Shown: one piece after another, positions 60,474 to 64,000 of the stretch
How positions within the stretch are numbered: the stretch's first letter is position 1
How the letters are laid out: each line of letters starts with the position of its first letter
Source: Thermoplasmata archaeon
GTDB taxonomy: Archaea; Thermoplasmatota; Thermoplasmata; Lutacidiplasmatales; UBA184
Direction: 5' to 3'
DNA: 64,000 nucleotides
Assembly (NCBI GenBank): GCA_035656275.1
Contig: DASRSW010000062.1
Coordinates: 986 to 64,985 of the forward strand
Position numbers and translations under genes: made by a program
The notes under the pieces: model-generated
Told to the model about the DNA's origin: nothing
Seen by the model: only the letters and a program-made list of their open reading frames with translations
Database searches by the model: none

Positions 60474-61709
60474 CTAGGACTCGCTCTCGTCGTCGCCGCT
60501 GACGGACCGGATCTTGGCCTCGAGCTCCCGGTCCTCGCTGAACGTCTCCTCCGTCGCGGGCATCCGAATGCCCCGGCGCCGCCGGCGGCGCGCCTCTTCC
60601 GACGTCCGGCGGGCCTGCTCCGCGAGCTCCTCCATCACGTCCGCGATACCGGCGAAGAAGTTCCACGCCGTTTGACTGGCGTAGTAGATCCCGCGGTCGG
60701 TGTGCAGCCGCGCCTGAACGGTCGCGTCCCCCGAGCGATGCGTGGCGTGGGGGCTCACGTTGAGACTGAGGAAGTTCGGCTTCGCGTGGCGGGCGATGTG
60801 GCGCAGCCCCTTCGCGATCGCACGGTCGATCTCGGTCAGGATGGCGGGGTCGCCCGAGCCGCGGAGCCCGGTGACCTGGACGTAGACATCGCCGACGCTC
60901 TTGCCCGTCCGCTCGCCGCCGACGGCGAGCCCCAGGAGGTCGGCCTGCGAGACCACCCCGGTGGGCCGGTCGTTCTCCACGACAAAGACGCTCGAGATCT
61001 TCTCGCTCGACATCCGCGCGGCGGCGTCGCCCGTCGAGGTCCCCGCGGGAACCGTGACGGCCGGGGAGTGCATGATGGTGGAGACCGCGACGTCCAGGAC
61101 CGAGCCGCCCCGTTGTGCGTCCTCCTTCCCGGGCGAAGTAGGCCGCCAGAGGATCCGTCCGAGGTCGGCCACGCCGACCGCCCCGACGAGATGCCCTTTG
61201 CGGTCCACGACGGGGAGCGGGTGCTCCTCGAGGAGGCGGATCTGGGTGAGGAGCGTGCCGCAGCGCTCCGATTCCTGAACGAGGAGGCCGACGGGGCTCA
61301 TGATCTCCTCGACCGTGTGCTTCGTCAGGGTGGGGAGCCCCGGCATCGCCCGGACGAGGTCCGTCCGGGAGACGACGCCCTGCAGGTCGCCCTTCTTCCC
61401 GACGACGGGCGCGGCGCGGAGGCCGGCGGCGAGGAGTTGCTCGGCGAGCTCCGCATAGCTCGTGGTGGGGGTCACGACCGGCGGGAGGAGCATCAGGTGG
61501 GAGACCTTCGTTGCGAACGAGATGTTGCCCCGCCGGACGATCGATTCGAAGGTGATCATCCCGGTGAGGCGTTTTCGGTGCAGTACGGGCAACTCATGGA
61601 TCGCGTGGCTGCGCATGAGCCCGATCGCCTGAGAGAGCGGGGCGTCGGCGGGGACCGTGATCGGCCGGGGCGTCATCAGCTCCCCTGCGGTGGGCCACGC
61701 GACCGGCAT
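60474..61709 (-). CDS. CBS-domain protein (4 CBS repeats) with a C-terminal extra domain
   Basis: Repeated CBS patterns (MTPRPITVPADAPLSQAIGLM..., VSRTDLVRA, VSQADLLG). Confidence 0.75.
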   Translation of the reverse strand: MPVAWPTAGELMTPRPITVPADAPLSQAIGLMRSHAIHELPVLHRKRLTGMITFESIVRRGNISFATKVSHLMLLPPVVTPTTSYAELAEQLLAAGLRAAPVVGKKGDLQGVVSRTDLVRAMPGLPTLTKHTVEEIMSPVGLLVQESERCGTLLTQIRLLEEHPLPVVDRKGHLVGAVGVADLGRILWRPTSPGKEDAQRGGSVLDVAVSTIMHSPAVTVPAGTSTGDAAARMSSEKISSVFVVENDRPTGVVSQADLLGLAVGGERTGKSVGDVYVQVTGLRGSGDPAILTEIDRAIAKGLRHIARHAKPNFLSLNVSPHATHRSGDATVQARLHTDRGIYYASQTAWNFFAGIADVMEELAEQARRTSEEARRRRRRGIRMPATEETFSEDRELEAKIRSVSGDDESES

Positions 61710-61766
61710 CGACCGAAGGGGGACCGCTGAGGGGTTTTAGGGTTTCGTAGGGCCGGGCCCGCCGCG

Positions 61767-62291
61767 CTAGAGGTCGCGGGCCATCTGGTAGCCGTTCTCG
61801 CCGTCGGAGTAGTACCCTCGGAGGAGGTCCGTGACCGAGTAGCCGTAGTGGCTGTAGAACCGGATGGCCGTGGCGTTCGACACCCGTACCTCGAGCGTGA
61901 CCCGTCGCAGCCCTCGGGCACGGCAGCGGGCGAAGAACCGCTCCATGACGAGGCTCCCGATCCCTTGCTGCCGGTGGTCCCGGTCCACGGCGAACATGAG
62001 GATCCGGGCCTCCCCCTCCACCTGGTTCACTCCGAGCAGGAACCCCACCGGGCGGTCGTAGCCATCGGTCGCCACGAGAAACCCGGCGGGCCACTGGAGG
62101 CTCAGCGACTGGTAGAGCGCGGAATCGTAGTGCTCGTGCAGCGCCTCCGACACGATCTGAACGATATCGGGGATGTCTTCGGGCCGGAACTCCCGGAGGG
62201 CCGCCGGGGCGGCCACCCGCGGAGGCGCGCTAGTCAGCGCGCGGGGGGCGGAATCAGCGATACATCTCACCCGGCCCTTCGTCCTCCCCAC
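61767..62291 (-). CDS. GNAT acetyltransferase (RimI-like). The N-terminus is probably over-extended.
   Basis: HRQQGIGSLVMERF acetyl-CoA motif. Confidence 0.7.
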   Translation of the reverse strand: MGRTKGRVRCIADSAPRALTSAPPRVAAPAALREFRPEDIPDIVQIVSEALHEHYDSALYQSLSLQWPAGFLVATDGYDRPVGFLLGVNQVEGEARILMFAVDRDHRQQGIGSLVMERFFARCRARGLRRVTLEVRVSNATAIRFYSHYGYSVTDLLRGYYSDGENGYQMARDL

Positions 62292-63027
62292 GTCGCATGG
62301 AGTTCATGGACCTTTGCTGCGCCTCGAGATTCCTCCGGACTTCCGCCTCGAGCTGGATGGCCTTTTCGCGTAGCGGCTTCGTGTCGAGCACGAGCATCGG
62401 AACGAGGGGGTTCACCGTCTCAATGACCTTCGCCGCCGCCCGGGCGTCGGGGAAGTCCTTGTGCGCCTGGGCGACGAGGCAGAGCGTCGGAAGCCCCCGG
62501 TCGATCGCCGAGAGCATGAGCCCGCCGGCAAAGCCGGTGACGACCCCATTCGCCGGTTCGAACTGGTACTTTTCCAAGAGCGGCGCGGCCGCCCGATTGG
62601 CCATGGCGACGACGCGGGCGTCCCCACGAACCTCCTCCTCGAGCGGCTGCCCCTCCACCGCGACGACGAGCTGGACCCCCTTCGCCTCGGCCCAGTCGAG
62701 GAGGGTGCGGCCGAGGGCATTCAGAAGCTCGGGCGGGGGCTGGATGTCGCTGATGGCGACGACGAGTTGGTCGCAGCGTCGGTCGACCCCGCAGACGACT
62801 TTGCTCGCGTAGAAGCGGACGGGGGCCGTCACCACGCCCCCTTCCATGATCACCGTGGGGGGCAGCGACTCGCTCACCATGTAGGCCACGGGCTGCATGT
62901 CCAATGCATGCACGAGGTACGAGGCCGCTACCGAGCCGACCAGCCCGTGCGTGGGGAATCCGACCACCATCATCGCGCCGCGAATCGGCTCGTCGCGGGT
63001 CTCAGCGATGCGGAGTTCGCCGCTCAC
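62254..63027 (-). CDS. PAC2-family proteasome assembly chaperone (PbaA/PbaB-like)
   Basis: MMVVGFPTHGLVGSVAASYLV N-terminus typical of the PAC2 family. About 250 aa. Confidence 0.7.
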   Translation of the reverse strand: MSGELRIAETRDEPIRGAMMVVGFPTHGLVGSVAASYLVHALDMQPVAYMVSESLPPTVIMEGGVVTAPVRFYASKVVCGVDRRCDQLVVAISDIQPPPELLNALGRTLLDWAEAKGVQLVVAVEGQPLEEEVRGDARVVAMANRAAAPLLEKYQFEPANGVVTGFAGGLMLSAIDRGLPTLCLVAQAHKDFPDARAAAKVIETVNPLVPMLVLDTKPLREKAIQLEAEVRRNLEAQQRSMNSMRRGEDEGPGEMYR

Positions 63028-63153
63028 GGTCCCCCTAGCTCATGACCGCGTCAACCGCTTAAACCGTTGGACGGACGGCGGATCTCCGAGGAACGAGGGC
63101 CCGGCGCCCAGCACCATACCTAAATAGAACGGGTACCAACGAACCGTGGGTCG

Positions 63154-64000
63154 ATGAAAGTCCTCATCGCGGGCATCGACGGCTACTCCGGGTGGCCCCT
63201 CGCGTTGCACCTCCTCTCCCGCGGTCATGAGGTGGTCGGGGCCGACAATTTCGTCACCCGGCGGCGGGTCCGCGAAGTGGGGAGCTGGTCGGCGACCCCG
63301 ATCGGCACGTTCCCCCGTCGACAGGCGGCGGTCAAGTCGATCCTGGGGAAGGAGCTGAAGTTCCATCGCGGCGACATGGCCTCCTGGCCGTTCGTCCGCG
63401 ACCTGGTCCGCGCGGAGCAGCCGGACGCCATTGTCCACCTCGCCGAGCAGCGCTCGGCCCCCTACTCCATGATCGATGTCCATCACGCCGTCCGGACGCA
63501 GACGGAGAACCTCGCCGGGACGGTCCACCTCCTCTACGCCATGAAGGAGTCCGCTCCGCACGCGCATCTCGTGAAGATGGGGACGATGGGCGAGTACGGG
63601 ACCCCCAACCTCGACATCGCCGAGGGGTTCTTCGAGGTCGACTATCGGGGCCGGACCGACCGCGTCCCGTTCCCCCGCCAGGCCGGCTCGTGGTACCACT
63701 GGTCGAAGGTGCACGACTCGGGGAACGTGATGTTCGCGACCCGGATCTGGGGCCTTCGCGCGACCGACGTGATGCAGGGCGTGCTCTACGGCACCCGGAC
63801 GCCCGAGATCACAACGAACGCGCTCCTGACCCGTTTCGACTTCGACGAGGTCTGGGGGACCGCCCTCAACCGGTTCGTGGTGGAGGCGATCCTCGGACTT
63901 CCCATCACTCCGTACGGGAAGGGGGAGCAGAAGCGAGGCTTCATCGCCCTCGAGGATTCGATGCAGTCCCTCCGCCTCGCTCTCGAGCATCCGCCCGAGG
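63154..64000 (+). CDS. UDP-sulfoquinovose synthase-like (SQD1/Agl3) NAD-dependent epimerase. 5' partial; continues past the window end.
   Basis: MKVLIAGIDGYSGWPLALHLLSRGHEVVGADNF... strongly resembles the SQD1 N-terminus. It has no stop, which is why it is absent from the ORF track. The opposite-strand ORF 63040-63990 was rejected. Confidence 0.8.
   Translation, partial: MKVLIAGIDGYSGWPLALHLLSRGHEVVGADNFVTRRRVREVGSWSATPIGTFPRRQAAVKSILGKELKFHRGDMASWPFVRDLVRAEQPDAIVHLAEQRSAPYSMIDVHHAVRTQTENLAGTVHLLYAMKESAPHAHLVKMGTMGEYGTPNLDIAEGFFEVDYRGRTDRVPFPRQAGSWYHWSKVHDSGNVMFATRIWGLRATDVMQGVLYGTRTPEITTNALLTRFDFDEVWGTALNRFVVEAILGLPITPYGKGEQKRGFIALEDSMQSLRLALEHPPE

Noticed and set aside
63040-63990. 316-aa minus-strand ORF
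   Set aside because: The opposite strand encodes a clear SQD1/Agl3-like protein that lacks a stop only because it leaves the window. The minus ORF is its antisense.

Overview
This 64-kb window is from a high-GC archaeon. Archaeal markers on the right side are a Nop5 homolog, NAC alpha subunit, Dph2, a PAC2-family proteasome assembly chaperone and an Agl3/SQD1-like enzyme, and TTTATATA-type TATA boxes precede leaderless starts. A class II HMG-CoA reductase and many N-glycosylation sequons on secreted proteins fit a Thermoplasmatota-like lineage, which is inference only.

The window has two parts. About 44.5 to 64 kb is very GC-rich, tightly packed core genome. Genes there include enoyl-CoA hydratase, an SDR oxidoreductase, nop5, a redoxin, LplA-like ligase, an amidohydrolase, a CorA-like transporter, gyrB, grpE, HMG-CoA reductase, pdxT, dph2, a NUDIX hydrolase, NAC, a CBS protein, RimI-like GNAT, a PAC2-family protein and agl3.

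About 1 to 44.4 kb is visibly lower in GC and reads as a mosaic of horizontally acquired modules. It ends at an intact tRNA-Thr(GGU) with an adjacent tyrosine integrase. It also carries a serine recombinase, at least six tRNA 3'-end-like remnants with a shared CCTGACAAGG(A)TTCGAA core (putative serial att scars), HAD-gene wreckage, and duplicated surface-glycoprotein genes.

The mosaic holds several candidate defence or novel systems. These are a SIR2-TPR protein, a tandem pair of divergent proteins with C-terminal RNxxxH (HEPN-like) motifs, a NERD-like nuclease protein, a two-gene operon with a PD-(D/E)xK-like motif, and a B12-radical-SAM gene with a small upstream ORF. The most unusual item is a P-loop-kinase::adenylosuccinate-synthetase-like fusion with altered catalytic residues, operonic with an unknown gene and next to the integrase. 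No CRISPR array and no rRNA were seen. In the GC-rich half, many long six-frame ORFs are antisense or read-through artefacts; I trimmed or rejected those.
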